NCBI GenBank assembly: GCA_017643365.1
Contig: JAEPNO010000004.1
Coordinates: forward strand, 77,085-141,084
Length of the DNA: 64,000 nucleotides
Direction of reading: 5' to 3'
DNA from: Balneolaceae bacterium
GTDB lineage: Bacteria; Bacteroidota; Rhodothermia; Balneolales; Balneolaceae
The notes under the pieces are model-generated. The model was given only the letters and a program-made list of their open reading frames with translations. It searched no databases and was not told the origin of the DNA. Positions 18,922-29,143 of this stretch are shown here, piece after piece. A program made the translations under genes and the position numbers. Positions within the stretch are counted from its first letter, which is position 1, and each line of letters begins with the position of its first letter.

Positions 18922-19722
18922 TTAAAATTCAGTCCGAATTGCCCAAAGATCCGGAAATATGGCATGATTGGTAGTTTTCTTGAGGTAGTCGACGCCTGCC
19001 GAGCCTCCGGTTCCTTTTTTTCTGCCGATGGTTCGCTCAACCATTTTTACATGACGGTAGCGCCATTCTTGTAAACCTTCATCAAAATCTACCAATAACT
19101 CGCAAACAAGAGCTAATTCGGGAGCTGTTTTCATTACCTGTACGAGCTGTTTTTGAATCTCATCGGAGGTATTAAACATCAATCCAACTTCATTTTCACG
19201 AACCGGACTAACCGGGTAACCTTTCTGAGTTAGGTACTCACCAAAACTTTCCCAAATGGTAGATTCTTCCATTCGTGCCTTCAAAAGTTCGATGGTTTTA
19301 TCATCGCCTTCGTGTGCTTTTAACATCATCGGCAATCGTAATCCGCATAGAATTTCTATCTCTCTAAACTGAATCGATTGAAAACCGGTAGATTGACCTA
19401 AAAATGATCGAAAGCTATTAAATTCTAGGGGAGTCATTGTTTCCAAAATATCAACTTGAGAAACCAATGTTTTCATTATGGTTAAGATGCGCCTTAACGT
19501 CTTAATTGCATGCCACGTTTCTCCCTTTTTCAGATCATTTCTTAATTTGCCGAATTCGTGCAAAATCTGTTTAAACCAAAGCTCGTAGGTTTGATGAATT
19601 ATGATGAAAAGCATCTCATCATGTTCTTCCGGTTTCGACTTCAAATTTTGGATAGATGTTAAGGCTTCAACCTCGAGATAACTTGAATAGGTAAGATTCA
19701 TTTCACGCACAGTTTTAGACAA
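18922..19722 (-). CDS. kynA: Tryptophan 2,3-dioxygenase
   Basis: Contains YSSYLEVEALTSIQ, HDEMLFIIIHQTYELWFKQILHE, and GTGGSAGVDYLK at the C-terminus. Confidence 0.85.
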   Translation of the reverse strand: MSKTVREMNLTYSSYLEVEALTSIQNLKSKPEEHDEMLFIIIHQTYELWFKQILHEFGKLRNDLKKGETWHAIKTLRRILTIMKTLVSQVDILETMTPLEFNSFRSFLGQSTGFQSIQFREIEILCGLRLPMMLKAHEGDDKTIELLKARMEESTIWESFGEYLTQKGYPVSPVRENEVGLMFNTSDEIQKQLVQVMKTAPELALVCELLVDFDEGLQEWRYRHVKMVERTIGRKKGTGGSAGVDYLKKTTNHAIFPDLWAIRTEF

Positions 19723-20040
19723 AATTGATTATAAAAAGATAATGTGGGAGAGCACAATGGGCACAAATAATTGCGATTAGACTGACTTAAAGTGCTGCAT
19801 GATGGGTGATTAGCGACTTTGTCAATCAGCTAACTTACTGCTATAATTTTAAAAAACGAATTTTTTCTTAGAAGTTTTGCAAATTTAAAATCAAAAAGAC
19901 GATTATGCATTTTTTTAAATGAAAAATTCAGAAAGGCTTTCCTTTGTGGTCGATATTTTGATACAATTCGTACATCAATTATTTATCAAATCTGGGGTCT
20001 CGGATAGGTACATATCTACAGACTCAATTGTAAATTCACT

Positions 20041-23000
20041 ATGGTAAAAAACAGGCTATTAACACTTCTCATTTTCGTCTTGTGTTCGGGCTCGGTAGTT
20101 GCTCAAACTGGTAAAATTACCGGATTTGTTACCGACAGCGAAGGTGAGCCACTTCCCGGAGTAAGTATCCTTATTGAAGGTACGGTACAAGGTGCCGCAT
20201 CATCAGCAGATGGATATTATCAAATTCTAAATGTGGATCCGGGTGTATATACATTGCGGGCATCTTTCATAGGGTTTGCAACTTCAATAATCGAAAATGT
20301 TGAAGTAAACACCGGGTTAACTACTGAACAAGACTTCGTAATGTCGGAACAGACTATCGAAGGAGAAGAAATAGTTGTAACGGCAGAACAACCTGTTGTT
20401 CGAAAGGATGTTTCCTCGAGTCAGGCAAACATCAGTACAGATGATATTAAAGCACTTCCTGTAACAAGTGTAGCTAGTGTAATTGGACTACAGGCCGGGG
20501 TTGAAGGTTTAAGCATTCGTGGAAGCGGTTCCGATGAAGTGGCTTTTAATCTTAATGGTTTCAATTTGCGATCGGGTAGAGATAACAGCCCGTTTACCGG
20601 TATTAGTGTTACCTCAATTCAATCGGTGCAGGTTCAAACTGGTGGATTTAATGCAGAATATGGCGATTTAAGATCGGGTTTGATTAACGTAACCAGTAAA
20701 GAAGGTAATCCGGATCGCTACACAGTTGAGGGGTTATTCAGAGTTACCCCGCCTCAGGCAAAAAATGTGGGCCAAAAAATTAACGATCCTAATTCCTATT
20801 GGTTGCGCCCTTATTTAGATGATGACGTTGCATGGACCGGAACACAAAACGGTGCTTGGGATCAGTATACACAAGACAGTTACCCTGAATTTCAAGGATG
20901 GAATGAGTTTTCGAAATCGCTATTAGCTGATGACGACCCAACGAACGATTTAACTCCAGAAGGGGCTCAACAAGCATTTTTATGGCAGCATCGCAAAGAC
21001 TTTGCAATCACCAATCCCGATTATGAAATTGATTTGACCATTGGCGGTCCAGTTCCGGGAATTAGCGAAAAACTTGGAAATCTTCGATTCAGTTCTTCGA
21101 TTCGCCAAACACAGAACATGTATATCGTGCCACTTTCCAGAGATCGGTACAAGCAAACAACCTTTCAAACAAGGCTTACCAGTAATGTTGGTGATGGAAT
21201 GAAGCTATCCATTGATGGTTTATACAGCCTTGAAACCGGTACCGGTGCCAGCCAATCCGGGGATCCCGGCTTTTTTGTATCACCTTCGGGAATAGCAAGT
21301 AGCATGGATCAAGTAAGCTTTATTGATACTCGTTTATATGCCAGCGATTATTGGGCTCCATCGGAACGTGTTAATGCAAATATTGGTGCTGAGTTTACGC
21401 ATTCGCTAAATGAGAACACCTTCTATGAAATCAGCATAAATAATTATTTCTCAAGAAATTCAACCAATCCGGGAGACTATCGCGATTCAACCACTGCAGT
21501 AACCATTGGTGGTGTAGATTTTGATGAAGCTCCTTTTGGTTTCTTCGAAGCAACGTCATTCGGTATTGCATCGGGAATGCGAATGGGTATCGGGATGAGT
21601 ACATCACGCGATAGCAGTCAGGTATCTGATCTTACGATTAAGGCGAGTATTACAAGCCAAATGAACAGATTTAATTTGGTAAAAGCCGGTATCGATATTG
21701 TTCGAACGCATAGTGAGGTTAACTATGGTCGTTTCGATAAGAATCTGCAATCTAGTAATGTGAATAACACATGGAATAATAAACCCTATCGCATTGCGGG
21801 GTATGTTCAGGATAAGATCGAATTTGACGGCATGATTGCAAATTTGGGGCTTCGGCTCGACTATGTGAACCCAAATGTAGATTGGTATGATTATGAGCCT
21901 TATTCAGAGATTTTTGCTCCGGGTTTTGCCCCTGCATTAGATACGGTTTCAACTTCCAGAGTAAAGCCACAATTATTTTTACAGCCCAGGGTAGGAGTTT
22001 CATTTCCAATCACGGATAACAGCAAGCTTTTCTTTAACTATGGGCATGCGTTGCAATTGCCTGAGCCATCAACATTATATTTGGTAAGAATCGAACCTAA
22101 CACGAATACGGTTACTCGATTAGCTTCGCCGGATAGCCCGCTTGCTAAAACGGTAGCTTATGAAGTTGGTTTCGAACAAAACCTGCTAGATATTTATCTA
22201 ATTAGAATTAGTGGATACTACAAAGATATTACGAACGATCCGGCATCTCAATCTTACGTAGCACGAGGCGGATTTTCTTACAGTACCATTCAACCATTTT
22301 TCTATCGCGATATTCGAGGAGTCGAGTTTACCTTTAGAAAACAAAGAGGTAAATATTTCTGGGGCGAGATCAATTATACCTACGATGTTCAGAAACGTGG
22401 ATTCTTCGGCACACTAGTAAATTATGAGAACCCTTTCCAACAGCGTGAATATGATCGCGAAACTAACTCAAATGCTATAACACGCCCAATACCACGTCCT
22501 TTTGCACGATTGCAGCTTTATTTCAGAACACCAGAAGATCTGGGACCTGAAATATTGGGAGGTCATCCACTTGGCGGTTGGCAATTAGTGCCTATAGTTA
22601 GCTGGAAGGCTGGTTATTACTTTACTTATACAGGCGGCGGTAACATTCCGGGATTATCGAATAACCTAAAGTACAAAGATACCTGGGGCACCAGTTTACG
22701 ATTAAACAAGAACTTCAATTTAAAAGATGGGTCTAATATCAGCTTCTTTGCAGATATTTCGAACGTAATCAATCGTCGTAATTTCAACATCTTCAATTCC
22801 GGTTTAATCGACGGTAACGATTACTTGGATTATATGAGGTCGTTGCATTTACCTGAGGACAAACTAGATGAAATCGGGGTGCTAAATCAAAGTGTACCGG
22901 GGTCTGATAAGCCGGGCGATTACCGTCCTTCGGATGTTGAGTACGTACCAATCGAAGCTTCATCAGATTTGTCTACTATTACTAACCCGAATAGCCGTGC

Positions 23001-23184
23001 ACTTTATTTCAATACAAGCGAAAGAGAGTACTACCAATTTGTAAACGGGCAGTATGTAAAAGCCGATGGCGGTTTTGTTAGCCAAGTACTCGACGACAAA
23101 GCATACATCAATATGCCAGATCAACAATTTTTTAATTTCCTTGATCCGCGGACCATTCGTTTCGGCATCAAGTTTTCATTTTAA
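20041..23184 (+). CDS. TonB-dependent outer-membrane receptor with an N-terminal CarboxypepD_reg domain
   Basis: Signal peptide, a carboxypeptidase-regulatory-like domain (GKITGFVTDSEGEPLPGVSILIEGT...YTLRASFIGF), a plug region, a 1047-aa barrel, and a terminal ...FGIKFSF. Confidence 0.9.
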   Translation: MVKNRLLTLLIFVLCSGSVVAQTGKITGFVTDSEGEPLPGVSILIEGTVQGAASSADGYYQILNVDPGVYTLRASFIGFATSIIENVEVNTGLTTEQDFVMSEQTIEGEEIVVTAEQPVVRKDVSSSQANISTDDIKALPVTSVASVIGLQAGVEGLSIRGSGSDEVAFNLNGFNLRSGRDNSPFTGISVTSIQSVQVQTGGFNAEYGDLRSGLINVTSKEGNPDRYTVEGLFRVTPPQAKNVGQKINDPNSYWLRPYLDDDVAWTGTQNGAWDQYTQDSYPEFQGWNEFSKSLLADDDPTNDLTPEGAQQAFLWQHRKDFAITNPDYEIDLTIGGPVPGISEKLGNLRFSSSIRQTQNMYIVPLSRDRYKQTTFQTRLTSNVGDGMKLSIDGLYSLETGTGASQSGDPGFFVSPSGIASSMDQVSFIDTRLYASDYWAPSERVNANIGAEFTHSLNENTFYEISINNYFSRNSTNPGDYRDSTTAVTIGGVDFDEAPFGFFEATSFGIASGMRMGIGMSTSRDSSQVSDLTIKASITSQMNRFNLVKAGIDIVRTHSEVNYGRFDKNLQSSNVNNTWNNKPYRIAGYVQDKIEFDGMIANLGLRLDYVNPNVDWYDYEPYSEIFAPGFAPALDTVSTSRVKPQLFLQPRVGVSFPITDNSKLFFNYGHALQLPEPSTLYLVRIEPNTNTVTRLASPDSPLAKTVAYEVGFEQNLLDIYLIRISGYYKDITNDPASQSYVARGGFSYSTIQPFFYRDIRGVEFTFRKQRGKYFWGEINYTYDVQKRGFFGTLVNYENPFQQREYDRETNSNAITRPIPRPFARLQLYFRTPEDLGPEILGGHPLGGWQLVPIVSWKAGYYFTYTGGGNIPGLSNNLKYKDTWGTSLRLNKNFNLKDGSNISFFADISNVINRRNFNIFNSGLIDGNDYLDYMRSLHLPEDKLDEIGVLNQSVPGSDKPGDYRPSDVEYVPIEASSDLSTITNPNSRALYFNTSEREYYQFVNGQYVKADGGFVSQVLDDKAYINMPDQQFFNFLDPRTIRFGIKFSF

Positions 23185-23214
23185 TTAGGTAAGATTTTAA
23201 AACGTCATTTTAAC

Positions 23215-25338
23215 ATGAGAAATAAGAATTTATATATCCATATTTGTGTTTTCTTTGTGGCTGTTTTTCTTTCAGCTGATGCGTTTGCACAAATTGAAAA
23301 TAGATGGCTTTCCGCGGGTTCGTTTCATAATTATTACGCAAGTATTGGTTCAGAAATCGAAAGTGGATTCATTAGTGCCCAACAGGGCGGTTGGCAATGG
23401 CCTGCTATTTATGCCGGACAGGATGCTTTGGCGATGAAAGGCTTCTGGCTGGGCGTTGAAAATTTTAACGATGGTTTTACAACTTGGAACAAAAGAGTGG
23501 TACATGTTGGGCCGCGTGTAACCGGTATTGGCGAATTCTATCCAGTGAGTATAGAAACAGTGAGTAAATTCCCGCCTCCTGAAGTATATGTAGATGGTGT
23601 GCTTTCTATTTCGAAAGATGTGCAAAACGAACGGGTTGATCCTGATTTGGAAGCTGATCGAGAAATTAGAATTGTAGTAAATACCTTGATAGGAGTTACT
23701 GTAAAACGCACCATCAAACAATTTAGCCAACAGTATCACGATAATTATCACGTACTCGAGTATACCTTTATTAATACCGGTAATATCGATTCTGATCCCG
23801 AAATCGAACTTCCGGGTCAGGATTTAGAAGGATTTATTCCTTATTTCTTAAATAGAATGGCTCCCGTAAAAGCTACCCGCTATACCATTGGTAATGCTTC
23901 CGGTTGGGGAATTAACACAATGAACGATCAACGCGGAGATGGTTGGCGACCCGAAGAGCCGGAACAATTCCGAGCATCCTTTGCATGGCACGGTTACTGG
24001 CCAAATGCTGATGTTGATTACGATAACATTGGGGCTCCAATTTTTGTACCCAATACAACCGGAGGATTCTTAGCTCCTGACGATACAACCGGCCGATTGG
24101 GTGCATATCACTTTGTGGGCACCGTTACCCTTCAAGCACCCGGCTCAGTAGATAACCCAGTTGATGATCCGAATCAGCCGTTTACAATGTCGTACGAGCA
24201 TAACGATGATCCACTGTATTTTAATAACGACCCGTTTGATGCCAATAAAATGGAAGAAGAATACGCCATGATGAGTCGAGGTCGTGTAACACCTCGCCAC
24301 GCTTACGTGGTAGAACCTAGTGGAGACGCAGGATTTATTGATCCTAGTGGCGATCCATCACTAGGTGAAGGCGGTGGGCAAGCTTATACCTACGGCTACG
24401 GACCTTATAACCTCGCCTTTGGTGACAGTGTGACCATTGTAATAGCAGAAGCATCATCAGGAATATCTCGTGAACTAGCCGGTACAACCGGGGCTGCCTT
24501 TAAAAATGGTGAAATAAGCGCAATAGAGAAAAACCAAGTTGTATTTCAAGGCAGGGATTCGTTGTTCCAAACTTTTGAACGTGCGATTGAAAACTACAAA
24601 TCGGATTATGCAATACCTGAATCTCCAGAACCACCTTCGTTATTTCAATTATTTTCAGCAGGTGATGGGATACGGTTAGAGTGGGAATTTGATGGTAATG
24701 CATCAACATTAGAAGGATTTCAAATTTACAGAACTACAGGTGCTGTTGATAACGAATACGAATTATTATACGTAGCTGATGCAAGTGAAAGAAAAATAAG
24801 TGATGGAGAAGCAGATCGAGTAACCAACCCGGGGGCTTTTTTGTTAGAAACTCCCATTCGTGGCCGAGATTACTATTACTACATTGTTAGTGTTGGGGCG
24901 GTGAATTCTGATAATACCGGATCTACACCAACCGGTAATCGCTTAATTAGTAATCGATATTATTCTCAAAGTTACGATCCTGTTCGATTACTAGGCCCTC
25001 CGGGCGAATTATTATCAGAAATTCGAGTAGTTCCGAATCCATATAGTCCAAGAGCGGCATCGGAACTAAGCTTGGATCTAGACAGGAGTATTGAATTTGG
25101 ACGAATAGATTTTGTTGGGCTTCCAAGAATTGCCACTATTGAAATCTACACCGAAATAGGTGAGCGTGTTAAAACGATAGAACACACGAACGGTTCGGGG
25201 TCAACATCTTGGAATTTACAAACTGATTCTCGTCAGGAAGTAGTAAGTGGAATTTACATTGCACGATTTATCAATAAAGATCCACTCGACGACGAGTTTG
25301 GAAGAGAAATCATCCGTAAAATAGTAATTATTCTATAG
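23215..25338 (+). CDS. Secreted hypothetical protein (707 aa) with an FN3-like segment and a divergent T9SS-CTD/FlgD-Ig-like C-terminus
   Basis: Signal peptide ...LSADAFAQ, an FN3-like stretch IRLEWEF...FQIYRT, and a C-terminal VVPNPYSP...VSGIYIARF...RKIVIIL. I recognise no family for the first ~450 aa. Confidence 0.7.
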   Translation: MRNKNLYIHICVFFVAVFLSADAFAQIENRWLSAGSFHNYYASIGSEIESGFISAQQGGWQWPAIYAGQDALAMKGFWLGVENFNDGFTTWNKRVVHVGPRVTGIGEFYPVSIETVSKFPPPEVYVDGVLSISKDVQNERVDPDLEADREIRIVVNTLIGVTVKRTIKQFSQQYHDNYHVLEYTFINTGNIDSDPEIELPGQDLEGFIPYFLNRMAPVKATRYTIGNASGWGINTMNDQRGDGWRPEEPEQFRASFAWHGYWPNADVDYDNIGAPIFVPNTTGGFLAPDDTTGRLGAYHFVGTVTLQAPGSVDNPVDDPNQPFTMSYEHNDDPLYFNNDPFDANKMEEEYAMMSRGRVTPRHAYVVEPSGDAGFIDPSGDPSLGEGGGQAYTYGYGPYNLAFGDSVTIVIAEASSGISRELAGTTGAAFKNGEISAIEKNQVVFQGRDSLFQTFERAIENYKSDYAIPESPEPPSLFQLFSAGDGIRLEWEFDGNASTLEGFQIYRTTGAVDNEYELLYVADASERKISDGEADRVTNPGAFLLETPIRGRDYYYYIVSVGAVNSDNTGSTPTGNRLISNRYYSQSYDPVRLLGPPGELLSEIRVVPNPYSPRAASELSLDLDRSIEFGRIDFVGLPRIATIEIYTEIGERVKTIEHTNGSGSTSWNLQTDSRQEVVSGIYIARFINKDPLDDEFGREIIRKIVIIL

Positions 25339-25350
25339 GTAGGTATTAGC

Positions 25351-26358
25351 GTGAGATTCAAAAGTATCATATTAATTGCACTGGTTAGTTTAATATCTAC
25401 CGGATTTGCACATGCTCAAAGTAAAAGAGCGCAAACTTCAATGAAGTTTCTTAGTGTTTCTCCATCAGCGCGCGCTGCAGGTATGTCGGATGCCGTTACC
25501 TCGTTAGATATGGGAGCTTATGGTGCATTGTACAATCCTGCTACAATGTCCCAGTTTAATGGTAAGTATGCAGCAACAGTTGGCGCCGTTCAATGGATTG
25601 CTGATATTTATCATAGTTCAGCTTCATTTGTTTATAAGCCTGGTTCTGGTAAAGTTGGAGTATTTGGGTTTAATATTATATCTGTTGACTATGGTGATAT
25701 TCTGGCAACAGCATTTTCAGAAACTGAAGAAGGCGGTTATGTTGATCTAGGTACCTTTAGCCCTTCAGCTATGGTGTTAGGATTATCCTATGCTAACGCA
25801 CTAACCGATAAATTTTCAATTGGGGTAAACTTCCGCTATGGAAGTCAAGATCTTGGCTCCGCTCCAATCAGTTTAGATGGTGCAGGTGGATATAATTATC
25901 AATCATTCTCAGCTAATTCTCAGCTTCTCGATTTTGGAATACTGTATAAAACCGGTTTTGAAAGCCTGAATTTAGCGATGGCAATTCGAAATTTTGGACC
26001 TGAAACTCAATATGATGTCGAGTCAGCAGAGCTGCCACTTACTTTTAAAATGGGTGTTTCCATGGATATTTTGGATGTCACCAACATCGACAAAGACATC
26101 CATTCATTGTTGATTAGTATTGATAGTAACAATGCCCGTGACTACGACGAACAACTGCTTTTTGGTTTTGAATACACCTTTGTAGATCGCTTCGTGATAC
26201 GAGGGGGGCATGGTTTCCCGAAAGACGAAGAAAGTTTCAGTTTAGGTATGGGGGTTAAACAACCTTTGGGCTCACTTACTTTAAGTGTCGATTACTCATA
26301 CACTGCTTTCGGTGTATTTGGTGAAGTACAACGCTTTGGTGCACAAATAGGATTTTAA
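25351..26358 (+). CDS. PorV/PorQ-family outer-membrane beta-barrel
   Basis: GTG start and signal peptide ...GFAHAQ. The motif SARAAGMSDAVTS...ALYNPA resembles the PorV/PorQ N-terminal signature. It ends in an aromatic residue (...AQIGF). Confidence 0.65.
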   Translation: MRFKSIILIALVSLISTGFAHAQSKRAQTSMKFLSVSPSARAAGMSDAVTSLDMGAYGALYNPATMSQFNGKYAATVGAVQWIADIYHSSASFVYKPGSGKVGVFGFNIISVDYGDILATAFSETEEGGYVDLGTFSPSAMVLGLSYANALTDKFSIGVNFRYGSQDLGSAPISLDGAGGYNYQSFSANSQLLDFGILYKTGFESLNLAMAIRNFGPETQYDVESAELPLTFKMGVSMDILDVTNIDKDIHSLLISIDSNNARDYDEQLLFGFEYTFVDRFVIRGGHGFPKDEESFSLGMGVKQPLGSLTLSVDYSYTAFGVFGEVQRFGAQIGF

Positions 26359-26371
26359 TAGGTATCGGATA

Positions 26372-27628
26372 ATGAAGTTTAAAAAATCAGTTTTTGCCAT
26401 CCTCTTTCTTTCACTTATTGTGGGTGGGTATTCGTGTAACGATGGATTTAGTGTGTACGATCCCGAATACGAGTCGAGCGCACCAAGCCCTCAAATTACA
26501 AACATCAGTCCGGCAGGTGGTTATCTGGCCGGTGTTGATTCTGTAATCGTAACCGGAACGAATTTTTCTGCTGATCCGGATTCGTTGATTATAGATTTTG
26601 GCGGTTCAGCCGGCATACTTAAAATGGTTTCCAAAACGGAGATGATTGTTCGTCCCGGTAAAAATTTTGGTGAAAACTTACCGGTTCGAGTAGCCTTACG
26701 TGGCCAAGAATTTTTCAGCGATCCATATCCATATACTCTTTTTCAACCTTTTGGAGTTTATCCCGGTCTAACTTCTGAAGATGAGCCAACTACCCCGGTT
26801 GCTGTTGATGCAGACAATAATGTTTATGCGATTTTCACAAGAAATAAAGAAACTCGGTATCGTAAAATATCGCCAGATGGAACTATAGAAACGGATGCTG
26901 TACTAGCACCGGATGATAACGGCCCCACCAATAGTACCATGAGATTTAACGCGTATTCGTCGCTAGTAGTTGGCCCAGGTGGCGAGCTTTTTATGGCTCA
27001 GCAAAGTATTCGGGCTATTTTCAGAAAAACCTTTGGTGATGGGGCTAGAGAAGGGGTTTGGGCTGCTTCCTCTTCAGGTTCATTCAAAATCCGTGACATG
27101 GTATTCGATAATAATGGCTATTTATGGGTTGTTGGGCGAGATAGCGATCAAATACATCGATTTGATGCCACTACTCGCGCCGAATCCAAATTCCCATTTG
27201 AAGGAATCCTATCATCGGTAGCATTTTACAGTAACGAAAATGAATTGTATGTTGGAGGTTTAGTAGACAGCACTCAAAGCATTTGGAAATTCACAATCGA
27301 CGGATCGGGTAACATAGGATCGGGCGAACTCTATTTCGATTTTGGCAATCATTACAAAGGAATTGTTGCCTCTATGATTTTTGCGTCAAATGGAGAATTA
27401 TTAATTGCTACCGGACCGAAAATTGACGGCATTGATAAACCGGGGATCATTAAACTTTACCCGGATGGAAGACATGAGCAACTCCATAACGATATGATAA
27501 AAGACGGAGCGTACAGTATAACCTGGCGCGACGATAAATTCGCCGTTGTTGCAATTCAAGGCGAAGAAACGAGCATTAACTTACTGGATATGTATGATCG
27601 TAATCGATCAGGTATATTCGGATTTTAA
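26372..27628 (+). CDS. IPT/TIG-domain lipoprotein with a beta-propeller-like body
   Basis: Lipobox-like ...VGGYSC. An IPT/TIG-like segment follows (ITNISPAGGYLAGVDSVIVTGTNFSADPDSLIIDFGG), then repetitive beta-rich sequence. Confidence 0.65.
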   Translation: MKFKKSVFAILFLSLIVGGYSCNDGFSVYDPEYESSAPSPQITNISPAGGYLAGVDSVIVTGTNFSADPDSLIIDFGGSAGILKMVSKTEMIVRPGKNFGENLPVRVALRGQEFFSDPYPYTLFQPFGVYPGLTSEDEPTTPVAVDADNNVYAIFTRNKETRYRKISPDGTIETDAVLAPDDNGPTNSTMRFNAYSSLVVGPGGELFMAQQSIRAIFRKTFGDGAREGVWAASSSGSFKIRDMVFDNNGYLWVVGRDSDQIHRFDATTRAESKFPFEGILSSVAFYSNENELYVGGLVDSTQSIWKFTIDGSGNIGSGELYFDFGNHYKGIVASMIFASNGELLIATGPKIDGIDKPGIIKLYPDGRHEQLHNDMIKDGAYSITWRDDKFAVVAIQGEETSINLLDMYDRNRSGIFGF

Positions 27629-27689
27629 TTACAATCAAACCGATAACTAATCTAAATACTATCGATACACTGATACTAGGAGATATATT

Positions 27690-29069
27690 ATGAAAATAAA
27701 CAAACTAATAGCTCTATTGGGCTTACTGCTCATACCGGCTATGGCAAGCGCACAATGGGCGCATGACACTACTTTTGTACCAATGGGGGATGATCTCTTC
27801 TTAGAAGTTCATGGAGTAGCTGTTGACGGCGAAGGCAAAATTTGGATTCAACCATTTTCTGCCACAGAAACAATTGTAACCAACCGTGACTTAGGTGACG
27901 ATGGTGTGCCTGATACATTAAGTACACGAGTTGTATATGTATACAATGCTGACGGTACTCCGGCAAGTTTCTCTCCACTTAAAGTAATCACATATGCTGA
28001 CGATACCCCTGCTGATACACTTGGTAGAGTATGGACAGGTGATTCATATGTAGGGTATTCTGGTCGTGGAATTGAAGCAGATTATAATGGCGATATCATT
28101 ATTTCTCAATTTAACAGATTATATAAAGTAAACCATGTTACAGGCCAAGGCATTGCGAAAGCTGATGTTCCTGATGTTTGTGCAATTACTGAAGCTAGTA
28201 CTGATGCTGCAAACAACATCTACGTTGGTGCTGTTTGTGCTGCAGACACTCCAATTTGGAAGTACGATTCTAACCTTGAAAACCCAGAGCAGGTTATTAC
28301 TCTAGGAAGCAGTTTCTCACGTGACCTTCAAGTATCTGCTGATGGTAATACCATTTGGTGGGCTGGTTATACTCTAGGCGCTGTACTAAAATACACTCGT
28401 CCGGATGAATTCAGTGGTTTCGATGCTACTCCAGATACTGTACTTCGCGGTATGAAATCAGAAAGCTTCGATATCCATCCAGTAACAGGTTACCTATGGG
28501 CAGGTTCCGGTTCATTAAATGATGTACCTAACGCTCCTTACCAACCACAAACTTGGTATGCGTTTGATCCTGCTGATATTGGTACTGATAACGAAGCACC
28601 ATTAGATAGTATTCGCTGGGCTGCCGGTGCAGATGTTGCTGCCGGTTTCGATAATGCTCGTCCTCGTGGCTTAGATTTCTCAGCGGATGGTAAAACGGCT
28701 TACGTTGGTGCTTTCAGTGCTGCTGAAACTACTGTTGATCTCCAAAAATTCACTACCGATCAGGTATTTATTTCTAACGAAGAAGAAAATATCAGTGGTA
28801 TTCCTGCAGGTTACAGCCTAGAGCAAAATTACCCGAATCCATTCAACCCTTCTACTAACATTCAGTTCACAATCAACGAACCGGGTGCAGTTACTTTGAA
28901 GGTGTATGACATGACCGGACGTGAAGTGGCTTCCATTCTTGATGGCCGCATGAACGCTGGTGAGCATACTGTAAGATTCGATGCTTCTGCACTTTCTTCA
29001 GGTGTTTACATTTATGTAATGCAATCAAACGGCGTACGTTTGACCAACAAAATGACTTTAATTAAATAA
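27690..29069 (+). CDS. Beta-propeller-like secreted protein with a T9SS type-A C-terminal sorting domain
   Basis: Signal peptide ...AMASAQ. The C-terminal ~80 aa read LEQNYPNPFNPSTNIQF...SSGVYIYVMQ...KMTLIK, a Por secretion tail. Confidence 0.8.
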   Translation: MKINKLIALLGLLLIPAMASAQWAHDTTFVPMGDDLFLEVHGVAVDGEGKIWIQPFSATETIVTNRDLGDDGVPDTLSTRVVYVYNADGTPASFSPLKVITYADDTPADTLGRVWTGDSYVGYSGRGIEADYNGDIIISQFNRLYKVNHVTGQGIAKADVPDVCAITEASTDAANNIYVGAVCAADTPIWKYDSNLENPEQVITLGSSFSRDLQVSADGNTIWWAGYTLGAVLKYTRPDEFSGFDATPDTVLRGMKSESFDIHPVTGYLWAGSGSLNDVPNAPYQPQTWYAFDPADIGTDNEAPLDSIRWAAGADVAAGFDNARPRGLDFSADGKTAYVGAFSAAETTVDLQKFTTDQVFISNEEENISGIPAGYSLEQNYPNPFNPSTNIQFTINEPGAVTLKVYDMTGREVASILDGRMNAGEHTVRFDASALSSGVYIYVMQSNGVRLTNKMTLIK

Positions 29070-29090
29070 TTTTAGTTATAGGTTACCAAA

Positions 29091-29120
29091 GAGGCAGCAT
29101 GTTATGTGCTGCCTTTTTTA
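29091..29120 (+). terminator. Rho-independent terminator inside the receptor locus
   Basis: The stem GGCAGCA (29092-29098) pairs with TGCTGCC (29108-29114) and is followed by TTTTTTA. Confidence 0.6.
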
Positions 29121-29143
29121 TTCCAATCTGTTATCCAAAAACA

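Noticed and set aside
19723-20040. The 318-nt AT-rich leader between kynA and the TonB-dependent receptor as a possible riboswitch (for example cobalamin) or small RNA. It also contains a 42-codon ORF overlapping the receptor start.
   Set aside because: I could not find a B12-box-like or other conserved riboswitch core, nor a convincing multi-stem structure. The small ORF has no signal or motif and overlaps the receptor start. Most likely this is a divergent promoter region.
28827-28846. A 20-nt stretch, AATTACCCGAATCCATTCAA, repeated identically at 30893-30912 and in related form on the minus strand near 50150 and 55080.
   Set aside because: It is explained by the conserved NYPNPFNP motif at the start of the T9SS C-terminal sorting domains of four proteins. 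It is not an independent DNA element.
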